Assembly: GCA_963702895.1 (NCBI GenBank)
Contig: OY969767.1
Coordinates: forward strand, 672,001 to 736,000
DNA: 64,000 nt
Source of the DNA: an uncultured Elusimicrobia bacterium
GTDB lineage: Bacteria > Elusimicrobiota > Elusimicrobia > 2-01-FULL-59-12
Reading direction: 5' to 3'
In this document: piece after piece, positions 49,722 through 57,759 of the stretch
How the letters are laid out: every line of letters starts with the position of its first letter
Numbering within the stretch: the stretch's first letter is position 1
Translations under genes and position numbers: made by a program
Notes under the pieces: generated by a model
The model's input: only the letters and a program-made list of their open reading frames with translations
Told to the model about the DNA's origin: nothing
Databases searched by the model: none

Positions 49722-50648
49722 CTAAGATTTTACCAGGCGGAACGTGACAAAGATCACAAGGGAGGTCTGCGTCACTTTCTCGTCCTTGTGCCTGAACAGG
49801 AGCCCTAAAATGGGGATATAGCCCAGGATCGGAACGCGCACGATGACTTTTTCTTTGCGTGACTGTTTGATGCCCGCCAGCACAACGGTTTCACCGTCTC
49901 TGACTTCCACTTTGGTGCTTGCTTCCCGGGTGGCCATGCCCGACACCATGGCCCGATCGACGGGGATGGCGACCGACGCGTCAGGATTGGAGACATTCAC
50001 ATTGATCTGGGCATCAATGGTTTCCCGCGGCGTGATCTGGGGGAGGATCTTCACTGACACGCCATATTTCTTGTACTCCACGCCGGAGACGCCCCCCTGG
50101 CCGACTTGGGGATAGGGGACCTCTCCTCCGACAAGAAAACTCGCCTCAAAGCCGCTCTTGGAGAGCAGGGTGGGATTGGCCAGGACCCTGACCTGATTGT
50201 TTTTGATCATGGCGTCGAGTATCCCGGCGAGTGGAGCGCGCTGAATTTCTCCCACTTTAAACAAGGACGGAACGGGCGACTCTTCAAGAAAATTGATTTG
50301 ACCTGCTCCTGGATTAAAGGCGTCTCCCCAGAGAAGGCCGACAAGCGCTGTATTGCTTTCGCTGATTTCCAGGGAGTCGACGCTGACTTCGATCAGCGGT
50401 TCCCTCGCTCCGGTTGCGGTGCTGGGAGTGGGCCCGGCCGCGGGAGCGGGCGCCGCGCCGAGGAGGCTGTTACTGGTGAGCAGAAGCGCGAGCGCCATTG
50501 AGAGATAACGGCGTAACGGAGTAACGGAGTAACGGGGTAACGGGGTAACAGCACAGATACTTTTTGCTGTGACTCCGTTACCCCGATACTCCGATACTCC
50601 GATACGGCTTTCTTGGGTCACACGGCCCAAAAGCACTGGGTCTTTCAT
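49722..50648 (-). CDS. cpaC: Tad secretin (CpaC/RcpA-like), secretin domain only
   Basis: 'VLANPTLL..SG.EASFLVGGEVP', 'EYKKYGV', 'DGETVVLAG', 'VPILGYIPILGLLFR', 'LVIFVT'. Confidence 0.85.
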   Translation of the reverse strand: MKDPVLLGRVTQESRIGVSEYRGNGVTAKSICAVTPLPRYSVTPLRRYLSMALALLLTSNSLLGAAPAPAAGPTPSTATGAREPLIEVSVDSLEISESNTALVGLLWGDAFNPGAGQINFLEESPVPSLFKVGEIQRAPLAGILDAMIKNNQVRVLANPTLLSKSGFEASFLVGGEVPYPQVGQGGVSGVEYKKYGVSVKILPQITPRETIDAQINVNVSNPDASVAIPVDRAMVSGMATREASTKVEVRDGETVVLAGIKQSRKEKVIVRVPILGYIPILGLLFRHKDEKVTQTSLVIFVTFRLVKS

Positions 50649-50655
50649 ACTAGGA

Positions 50656-50710
50656 AGTGTAACGGATGACTGTTACGGCGATGTTACGTTTTTGTAACAA
50701 ATTCGTTAAT
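50656..50710 (-). promoter_or_regulatory. Four 11-bp-periodic GTTAC boxes plus -10 TACACT upstream of the secretin operon
   Basis: Boxes start at 50672, 50683, 50694, 50705. Confidence 0.7.
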
Positions 50711-50817
50711 TTACGCGGTGTTTTGGTCGTTGAAAGTCACTTTAATTCGTTTTTTCGGGCATTTTTGGTCAATTTGAGGGGGGTAGGTGGCAATTCAATC
50801 ATCTACTGTTCTCTATC

Positions 50818-50901
50818 GTCATCCCCCCCGGGTGTAAGGGGGGGATCCATGAATGCCGCACGACAATGATAGATCCCCCGCTAACACCCGCGGGGGATGA
50901 C
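50818..50901. repeat. REP-like palindrome, family A
   Basis: GTCATCCCCCCC..GGGGGGATCC...CCCCCGC..GCGGGGGATGAC. Confidence 0.85.
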
Positions 50902-50970
50902 GTCGTAGAGACTTATGGCACAGTCTCCAGGATGACAGCAGAAAGACTTCACGAATTCTGGGATGGAAAT

Positions 50971-51711
50971 CTACTTCAGAATGGACCCTGGCGTGACAAC
51001 GGGAATTTGGTAAACCTGATTATCGCCATGGGGCCGCACGACCACGGAGATGTCCCCTTGGGATTCTGTTTGGGCGAGCGCGAGCGTCTGCACCTCGATG
51101 GGGTTGAGTGCCAGGGTCAAAATGAGGCTTTCGGCCGCTTCCTTCTTGCCCGAGACGTCCTCATTAGATTTCTTGAGTTCGCGTCCGACGGCGACGACCA
51201 GGATGTTTTGCAAAATTGTATGGGTGAGTTTCGTGGTTGCGTTTTCTTTGCGCACGTTAAAGGTCGCGATGATATCAATGAAGTCCCCGGGCAGGATCAA
51301 GTTGGCGACATCGACGTTTCCCAGACGCAAGAGGTACCCCCGCTTGCCGGGGGGAATGAGCGGCGCGACTCCGGTGGTATTGGGGGAAGGAAAGATCAGA
51401 TTGGACATCACGATTTGCGAGCCTTCCGGGACCGAAGCGATCGTCACTTTCCCTTTCACGCGGCCCAGGGCATCCGCAGGGACTTTCACCACCACAGCGC
51501 CGGGGGCGACATAGCGGAGCGGCACATTTTGTGTGGTGACATCGCGTTCGGTGATTTCCGTGCGGGGGGGAATGTCTTTGGCGGCGGTGAGCACTTCCAC
51601 CATGCCGTAGGCGTTGGCGAGGGCCTTCTCCTTTTCCTTGAGGTAGAACTGGATGAACCCGATGGCAAAAAGCGCGCTGATCAGGACCTGAAGAAGTTTC
51701 TTATGCTTCAT
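50971..51711 (-). CDS. cpaB: Flp pilus assembly protein CpaB/RcpC
   Basis: SAF 'VLTAAKDIPP'; 'IPPGKR', 'LPGDFIDII', 'ILQNILVVAVG', 'LTLAL.P.E...LALAQ'. Confidence 0.92.
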   Translation of the reverse strand: MKHKKLLQVLISALFAIGFIQFYLKEKEKALANAYGMVEVLTAAKDIPPRTEITERDVTTQNVPLRYVAPGAVVVKVPADALGRVKGKVTIASVPEGSQIVMSNLIFPSPNTTGVAPLIPPGKRGYLLRLGNVDVANLILPGDFIDIIATFNVRKENATTKLTHTILQNILVVAVGRELKKSNEDVSGKKEAAESLILTLALNPIEVQTLALAQTESQGDISVVVRPHGDNQVYQIPVVTPGSILK

Positions 51712-52373
51712 CGGGGTGGCTTCAAGTTCATTCTGGCCTTGGCTTTGGCATGCACAACAAAAGAGCCAGAACCACTCGAATTATAAGCAAAGGTCTTAAT
51801 GTCTTCACACTTCGCGGCTTCTCCTAAGCCCGCTTTCAGCGCCCCGCCCAGGATCGCATTCACGAAGGGGAATGCCTTCACTTCAGCGCAGGCCTCGACT
51901 CGGACATCCCGCAAAAGTGGATCAATGGGGCTGTCGGGGTCCTTCGGGTTTGCCCACGCGTCTGGGTTTTTCATCCCTGCCACAAAGAACTGTTCTAGCC
52001 TCCTATTGTAGTCTTGGCCGCCTGAGATATTCTCCGCCACGGCTTGCCGGGCGATGGCCGCCGCTCCGTAGTTGACAACGACGAGAGCCGTCGCCAATTG
52101 CCCCAGCTGCAACAACCCAAAGACCAGCAGGAAATATAAGGGCACCAACATCAATGTTTCGGCGCTGGCCTGTCCACGGCAATGATCAGGCTGCCGAAAA
52201 ACTTTTCCCAATGCCTCCTGGCCGGAAGTGTAGCAGCCAAGCCATTGACCGAGCGCGCCTATGATCATCGACCCGCCCTTCCACTGGGCGGGCGCTCGAC
52301 GATGCACAGCAGAGCATTTTTGCAGGCTGTGGTATCTCAGGACATGCATGCATGCGCCCTTCGGCCGTTTCAA
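51708..52373 (-). CDS. TadE-like pseudopilin (start uncertain)
   Basis: 'RGQASAETLMLVPLYFLLVFGLLQLG...AAAIAR'. Confidence 0.8.
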   Translation of the reverse strand: MKRPKGACMHVLRYHSLQKCSAVHRRAPAQWKGGSMIIGALGQWLGCYTSGQEALGKVFRQPDHCRGQASAETLMLVPLYFLLVFGLLQLGQLATALVVVNYGAAAIARQAVAENISGGQDYNRRLEQFFVAGMKNPDAWANPKDPDSPIDPLLRDVRVEACAEVKAFPFVNAILGGALKAGLGEAAKCEDIKTFAYNSSGSGSFVVHAKAKARMNLKPPR

Positions 52374-52395
52374 ACTGGCCTGTCTGTAAACTTAT

Positions 52396-52572
52396 TTACT
52401 TAACTTTTCCATCTCTAATTGTCTCGGCGATCTTGCCCGCCTTGTCTTTGATTGCGGTCTCGATGGTAGGGAAGAACACGACCAAGAGTCCTATGATGAG
52501 CGCCAGGATCACGATATATTCTGTTGTTCCCTGCCCTTTGCGGCTTTTGAGGTAGTTCATGTAGCGATTCAT
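52396..52572 (-). CDS. flp: Flp major pilin, 58 aa (not in ORF track)
   Basis: Manual translation MNRYMNYLKSRKG|QGTTEYIVILALIIGLLVVFFPTIETAIKDKAGKIAETIRDGKVK; SD AAGGAGG. Confidence 0.9.
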   Translation of the reverse strand: MNRYMNYLKSRKGQGTTEYIVILALIIGLLVVFFPTIETAIKDKAGKIAETIRDGKVK

Positions 52573-52706
52573 TTCTTTGACCTCCTTCGGTATTGACCTT
52601 TAACCGGTATTGACCTTTAACGAAAGTGCTTGCGGCCGGCTCGATGTCCAGCCCTAAACGATCACTGCAATATTACACACAGGCTCAATCGAAGTAAAGC
52701 GTGTGA

Positions 52707-53021
52707 TTAGTCTTTGGCGATTTTCTCTACGGCGCCTTGGCTCATTCCCTTGATGGCGTCGGTGCCTCCATCGGCCGGAGTGAACGCGCGCATGATAAAA
52801 AAGCCAATCACCGTCAGGATCCCGAGGAGAAGGAGGTATTCGCTGGAGGACTGGCCGCCGTTCTTTAGGTAACGGTGTATCGGAGTATCGGAGTGTCGGG
52901 GTAACAGCATATCTTTTGTTTGGTGTGACTCCGATACGCCGATACCCCGATACTCCGTTACTGACATTGGCGTGACCCCGTTACTCCGATACCCCGATAC
53001 TCCGATACTGTCTTTTACCAT
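52707..53021 (-). CDS. Second Flp-like pilin with repeat-encoded leader
   Basis: 'KNGG|QSSSEYLLLLGILTVIGFF'; leader encoded by octamer arrays 52868-53010. Confidence 0.8.
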   Translation of the reverse strand: MVKDSIGVSGYRSNGVTPMSVTEYRGIGVSESHQTKDMLLPRHSDTPIHRYLKNGGQSSSEYLLLLGILTVIGFFIMRAFTPADGGTDAIKGMSQGAVEKIAKD

Positions 53022-54019
53022 CGCACCTTCACCGTCACCGTATGCGAGATGCCGAGCGCTCCAAAGGGCGCCATCGTGTAATCGACGACGAAATGGAGGG
53101 TCTTAAACTGAGGGGGACGCATTTCCAGGCCCCCGCCGAAGGTGAGGCCGGCGAGCGAAGCGCTGCGGAGCCAGGAAATCTTGGCGTCCAGAGAGTCATC
53201 GAGCTCATCCCGAGTATGGTAGCCCAAGCGGAGCACGGAGTTTTCCAGCTGCGGCATGCGGTATTCCCCCGCAAGCGAGATCCGTACCGGAGCGTCGTTC
53301 GTATATCCCAGCGCGAGCGCTGATGTAAAGATGGGGAGAAAGTCATAGGACAGCCCGCCGGTGAGTTCCAGAGGGAAATCCGCTTTTCCGGTCGACAGGT
53401 TTCTCGCCGTAAGGCCTACATGCAAAGTGTCCGAAGGGTCCAGCATGAGCCCGAGGTCCACGGCCGCGTTGTTGTATTTGGTGTCCGCGATCTTTTCCTG
53501 GATGACTTTGAGCTGTCCGCCCAGATAGAGGTCCATGCCAATCTCATCCCGTGACCGGAGCCGCCCGCCATAGCCAAGACCCAGCACGAGGTCGTAGGCC
53601 GAGAAGTCGCCCGTTTGAAGACCGGCGCTGTCCCGGCCTTCCATGTCGCCGGAGCCCAAATAAAAGAGGTTGGCGCCAAGGCCGCTCATATTGAAAGGAT
53701 GCGCGTAGCTGACATTTTCAATGGAGACGTCCTGGTAATATTCGATATGGGTTGCGGCGACTTCTTTGCTCGTTGTGAAGGCCAGCCCCGCGGGGTTCCA
53801 GCGCATGCCTTCCGTTCCTTTGGCGAGCGACACCATGGTGGCCCCCATCGCCACGCCCCGCGCGTCGGTAGGGATCTTCAGGAAGGCGCCGGCCTTCGTC
53901 CCCGCGTTGTCGCTAATCGCGTGAGCGGCGGACGGCGACAATAGAAAATAGACAATAGAGAATGCCGCAAGAGCTCTATTCTCTATTTTCCATTTTCGCC
54001 GTATGCCGTTCCTGTTCAT
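53015..54019 (-). CDS. PorV/PorQ-like (UPF0164) outer-membrane beta-barrel
   Basis: 'AGTKAGAFLKIPTDARGVAMG', 'WNPAGLA', 'VDYTMAPFGALGISHTVTVKVRW'. Confidence 0.85.
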   Translation of the reverse strand: MNRNGIRRKWKIENRALAAFSIVYFLLSPSAAHAISDNAGTKAGAFLKIPTDARGVAMGATMVSLAKGTEGMRWNPAGLAFTTSKEVAATHIEYYQDVSIENVSYAHPFNMSGLGANLFYLGSGDMEGRDSAGLQTGDFSAYDLVLGLGYGGRLRSRDEIGMDLYLGGQLKVIQEKIADTKYNNAAVDLGLMLDPSDTLHVGLTARNLSTGKADFPLELTGGLSYDFLPIFTSALALGYTNDAPVRISLAGEYRMPQLENSVLRLGYHTRDELDDSLDAKISWLRSASLAGLTFGGGLEMRPPQFKTLHFVVDYTMAPFGALGISHTVTVKVRW

Positions 54020-55143
54020 CGGATCACCGCCAACTTCTTAATGGTCTGCACGGTGCCTTCCGGGTCCTCTTCCCTGACGACAAAGTAATAGACCCCGCGC
54101 CCAACGGCGTTTCCCGCCTCATTGGTCGTGTCCCAGTTAAACGTGACGGTGTTGCCGGTGGCCTGGTTCAAGAAGCTCTCCTCCCGGACCAGGTCTCCCG
54201 CAAGCGTGTAAATCTTGAGCGTGATATTGGCGTTATTGCGCACGGCCAAAAACTGGAAGGTGGCCTGGCTGTTCCGGATGGGATTGGGAAACACGATGGC
54301 GTTGTCCGCGAAGAGCTGATCGAGACTGGAACCCAAGCGCGCCAGAGACTGGATGGCGATGGAGCCGGAGCGTTGGATCGCCCTATCGGCGCTTCCGGGG
54401 TCCTTCGCGTCGACGTAGACGGTATAAATTCCAAGAGGAACGGGTTTGGCGTCGTCGCCGAGGCCGTCCCACATCAAAATATTGGTCTTAATATGTTCAC
54501 CATACTGCGGCGCGTCGGTGGCCAGCGTGCGCTTGAGCGTACCGCTTGAATCTTTTATTTGAACTGTGACGAGCGAGTCTTTGGCCAGGTCATAGACGAT
54601 GTAATAGGGGAGAGTCGGGTTTTGGTTCGCGTCGGTGCTGGGAATGACGCTGAAATTGTGGATGTCAACGGAGGTGATTTCCAGTAGCTTGGGGATGGTA
54701 AAAGAGCTAACGCCGCTTGCGCCTCGCGCGATCAGGATCACCTGGAAATTACCGTTCTGCCGGCCGATATCGCCGCCTACAAGCCACAAGGCATTCCATA
54801 AGTAAGAATGGGCCCCGATGGCGACCCCGTGTTGCTGGATCGAAGCCACCTGGTTCAGCGAGCTGGGTTCTTCTGAAATGTCTTCGAGTCGGTGTATGTT
54901 GATTTCGATACTGGAGATCTCATCCGCCGTGGTGTAATTGATGGTGGTATCAAGGGGCGCACCGATGGTTTCATAGGGAATGGTGTAATTGGATAAGGAG
55001 GCGGCTGTCACAGCGGCGTCGACAGGAAGAGCACAGAGCAGAGAAACGAGAGCAGAAAGTAGAAGGCCGTACCGGAGTATCGGGGTAACGGGGTAACGGG
55101 GTAAGAGCTGCATAAATTGTTTGAAAAGACTTCTCATGGTCAT
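54016..55143 (-). CDS. Exported FlgD-Ig protein with T9SS type-A-like C-terminal sorting domain
   Basis: Signal peptide; 'WDG..D....VP.GIY'; 'VFPNP...LKIYTLAGDLVR...WD..NE.G..VGRGVY...KKLAVIR'. Confidence 0.82.
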   Translation of the reverse strand: MTMRSLFKQFMQLLPRYPVTPILRYGLLLSALVSLLCALPVDAAVTAASLSNYTIPYETIGAPLDTTINYTTADEISSIEINIHRLEDISEEPSSLNQVASIQQHGVAIGAHSYLWNALWLVGGDIGRQNGNFQVILIARGASGVSSFTIPKLLEITSVDIHNFSVIPSTDANQNPTLPYYIVYDLAKDSLVTVQIKDSSGTLKRTLATDAPQYGEHIKTNILMWDGLGDDAKPVPLGIYTVYVDAKDPGSADRAIQRSGSIAIQSLARLGSSLDQLFADNAIVFPNPIRNSQATFQFLAVRNNANITLKIYTLAGDLVREESFLNQATGNTVTFNWDTTNEAGNAVGRGVYYFVVREEDPEGTVQTIKKLAVIR

Positions 55144-55322
55144 CCTCTTAGTGTCTCCTTGATCTGCTGTTACTCCCCGCCATCACATAGTGGGCGGGCA
55201 TTACTCCGTTACCCCGTTACTCCGATACCCCGTTACTCCGGTACCCCGTTACTCCGGTACCCCGTTACTCCGATACTAACTTGGGTCTGCAGGCCCACCA
55301 CTGGGCCCTTCTTACTATGAGG

Positions 55323-55377
55323 AGTATAACCAGCGACTGTTACGGGAGTATTACGCTGGTGTAAAAACTGCGTTAAA
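55323..55377 (-). promoter_or_regulatory. Four 11-bp-periodic boxes plus -10 TATACT upstream of the CTD/PorV/pilin operon
   Basis: Boxes start at 55339, 55350, 55361, 55372. Confidence 0.7.
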
Positions 55378-55810
55378 TCCATCAAAATGGCTTTGGCCCT
55401 GTCAGGGGGATGGCGCGAAGTCTTTAGCGATTACGCTTGCCCTCACCCGGTAGTGTGCCTGAACACGCCCTCTCCCGCGTGCAAGCGGGAGAGGGTGGAG
55501 CGGATGGTCGCTTGAGCGACCAGACAGCGGAGGGTGAGGGCACGATCTCATGGCGATCAGCGTCAAAAGCACAGTCCTTTGATCCAGTGGGTGTTCAACA
55601 GGTGAGCGAATGATTCTTTTGCGCACGCAGCAGCGCCTGGTCTCATTTTGCCTTCCTGCCACCCCCAACAGGCGAGGCAGCGGGCTGTGGCTGCAGGTGA
55701 GCGAATGGTGTATTGAGCGAACGCAGCCACAGCCCGCTGCCCTCGCCTCCACCATTATTTAACATGTACGTAACATGTACCTGTTATATCTAGTGCAGCA
55801 GCATCATCAT

Positions 55811-56956
55811 ATGAAGAGGATCCTGAGCGGCAAGAACGGTCAGTTTATTCCGATTTCCGCCATGGTGTTGTTCACCATGTCGGTCTTCCTCGTCGCTGTC
55901 GTCAATATCTACACCGTCACCCGCGCCAAGCTCCAGGTCCAAAACCTGGCGGACGCGGCCGCCCTTAACCTCGCCTCGCAGCAGGCCCAGGTTTTTAATC
56001 TCGTGGCCGACAAAAACGAATGGCTCAATCACATGATGGAGGGAGTGAAGAGCCCGAATGAAGACGGCGGTCCGGATTGCAGCCTCTTCAGTGCCAAGAA
56101 TGCGACGCTCATCCCCGGCATTTCTTGTGTCGAAAATGACGATAGGACGGGTCTTGCTCGCGGAGACGCCATCACTGCTACCGATATCAAGAAAGCCTCC
56201 TCGCGCAACTATAGGGGACCAAACGATGCTGCCTTCAAGCGCCATATCTTTTCCTCCCGCGGCGGGGCCATCAATTATGGGCTGATCCTTCATACCGTCA
56301 ACCAGGCGCAGAAACTCTTTATTCAGGCTTACAACTCCTTCCTTGGCGCGCCGAATCCGGCGGCAGGCGGCGCCTCATCGTCCAACGCCACCCCGCGCAA
56401 TTTTACGGCCCTCTTAAAGAAGGATATCCCGGCGCTCCGAGATCCGAACATTCGCCTGGTGGCCTGGAACTCTTCAGGCAAAGAAGAGGAGGCCAGACAC
56501 TCGCTGGCCAGCAGCTTTACGCCGGGTGAGGAAAGTGAACTCAAAGCCAAAATGGAGCCCCTCCAGTTTGAAGTCGAACGTGATCTTCAGACCCGGTATC
56601 TGATGACGAATAAAGACGTGAATAAACCGGACGGGTGGATTGTCGGAGCCACCTTCGGCCAACTTTTGTACGGGTGCATCCCTCAGGATTGGGTCAACAA
56701 GGATGCCAGTTATAAACGTTGCGGGCCCTTGAACGGCCAAGATCCTGCGAAAATCGGATGGTTAAAGCCCATCGCTATGCCAACTCTCAAAGTGGGCAGA
56801 GGGTCCCCTCAGGTCGGCGTGGGCGTCATGATTCAAAAAAAGATTACGCTGCCCGTGCTGGGGAGCAAAACCGTGAGCGCCACATCCAAGGCATACATCG
56901 TCGGGACCGCTGGCAGCGAGTTCCATCCGACGTATTGGGTGAAGCTAGGGAAATAA
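55811..56956 (+). CDS. TadG-related pilus protein
   Basis: 'KNG|QFIPISAMVLF....VVNI......K.QVQNLADAAAL'. Confidence 0.8.
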   Translation: MKRILSGKNGQFIPISAMVLFTMSVFLVAVVNIYTVTRAKLQVQNLADAAALNLASQQAQVFNLVADKNEWLNHMMEGVKSPNEDGGPDCSLFSAKNATLIPGISCVENDDRTGLARGDAITATDIKKASSRNYRGPNDAAFKRHIFSSRGGAINYGLILHTVNQAQKLFIQAYNSFLGAPNPAAGGASSSNATPRNFTALLKKDIPALRDPNIRLVAWNSSGKEEEARHSLASSFTPGEESELKAKMEPLQFEVERDLQTRYLMTNKDVNKPDGWIVGATFGQLLYGCIPQDWVNKDASYKRCGPLNGQDPAKIGWLKPIAMPTLKVGRGSPQVGVGVMIQKKITLPVLGSKTVSATSKAYIVGTAGSEFHPTYWVKLGK

Positions 56957-57075
56957 CCGTATCGGAGTAACGCCCGCCACTACAGCTCGGCGGGCCCGCC
57001 AACGATGTGATGGCGGGGAGTATCGGGGTAACGGAGTAACGGCAAATTGAGGATGAAACTATTTTAGAGAGTATT

Positions 57076-57759
57076 ATGAGAAACCTAATGCGAATGCTTA
57101 TTCGGCCTTTACTCCGGTACTCCGGTACCCCGATACCCCGGTACCCCGGAACCGCCGCTTCGCTTCGCTCCGCGGCGGGTCAAGCCTCAAGCGAAATCCT
57201 CTTCCTCCTTCCGCTTTTCGTCATGATGGCCGGCCTTGCGCTTTATGTGGGATACATGTGCTATCAGGGCGTGAAGGTCCAGCACGCCGCCAATTTCGCC
57301 GCGCGCATCCAGGGGCAGGAGCGCATAGGAGGCGGTGTGAGTCAAGACAGCATCAATCGATTAAATGGTCTGGAAGGCGCCTATGACGAAATCCCGGACG
57401 CGGCGACTCTGAGGAGCCTCTCAGGCAAAGATGTCCCGCCGGGGCGTCTGCGGAGGAAGGGACTCCATGGGGTGTATTGGAAGTATCGAACGCTTGCGGG
57501 AGAACTTTTCTATGAGGCCCCTGAAGACAAGCTTCTCTTCCCGAAACCGGACCTCGGCATCAATTCGGACAGGGTCCGGGTCGCGAGAATCTTGGTCCCT
57601 CCGAAGCTTTTCGGTCTGCAGATGGCGCCCATGGTTCTCGAGGCGGAGGCCTATGGGGGCGAAGACCCCCGGATGTACGGCCTGCCGCGCTGGGGTGAAA
57701 CAGGTGGTAAAACAGAATCGTTTTATAAAACCCAGATCAGGGAAAAGATAGGGCCATAA
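57076..57759 (+). CDS. TadE-like pseudopilin with repeat-encoded leader
   Basis: 'AG|QASSEILFLLPLFVMM....HAANFAAR'. Confidence 0.78.
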   Translation: MRNLMRMLIRPLLRYSGTPIPRYPGTAASLRSAAGQASSEILFLLPLFVMMAGLALYVGYMCYQGVKVQHAANFAARIQGQERIGGGVSQDSINRLNGLEGAYDEIPDAATLRSLSGKDVPPGRLRRKGLHGVYWKYRTLAGELFYEAPEDKLLFPKPDLGINSDRVRVARILVPPKLFGLQMAPMVLEAEAYGGEDPRMYGLPRWGETGGKTESFYKTQIREKIGP

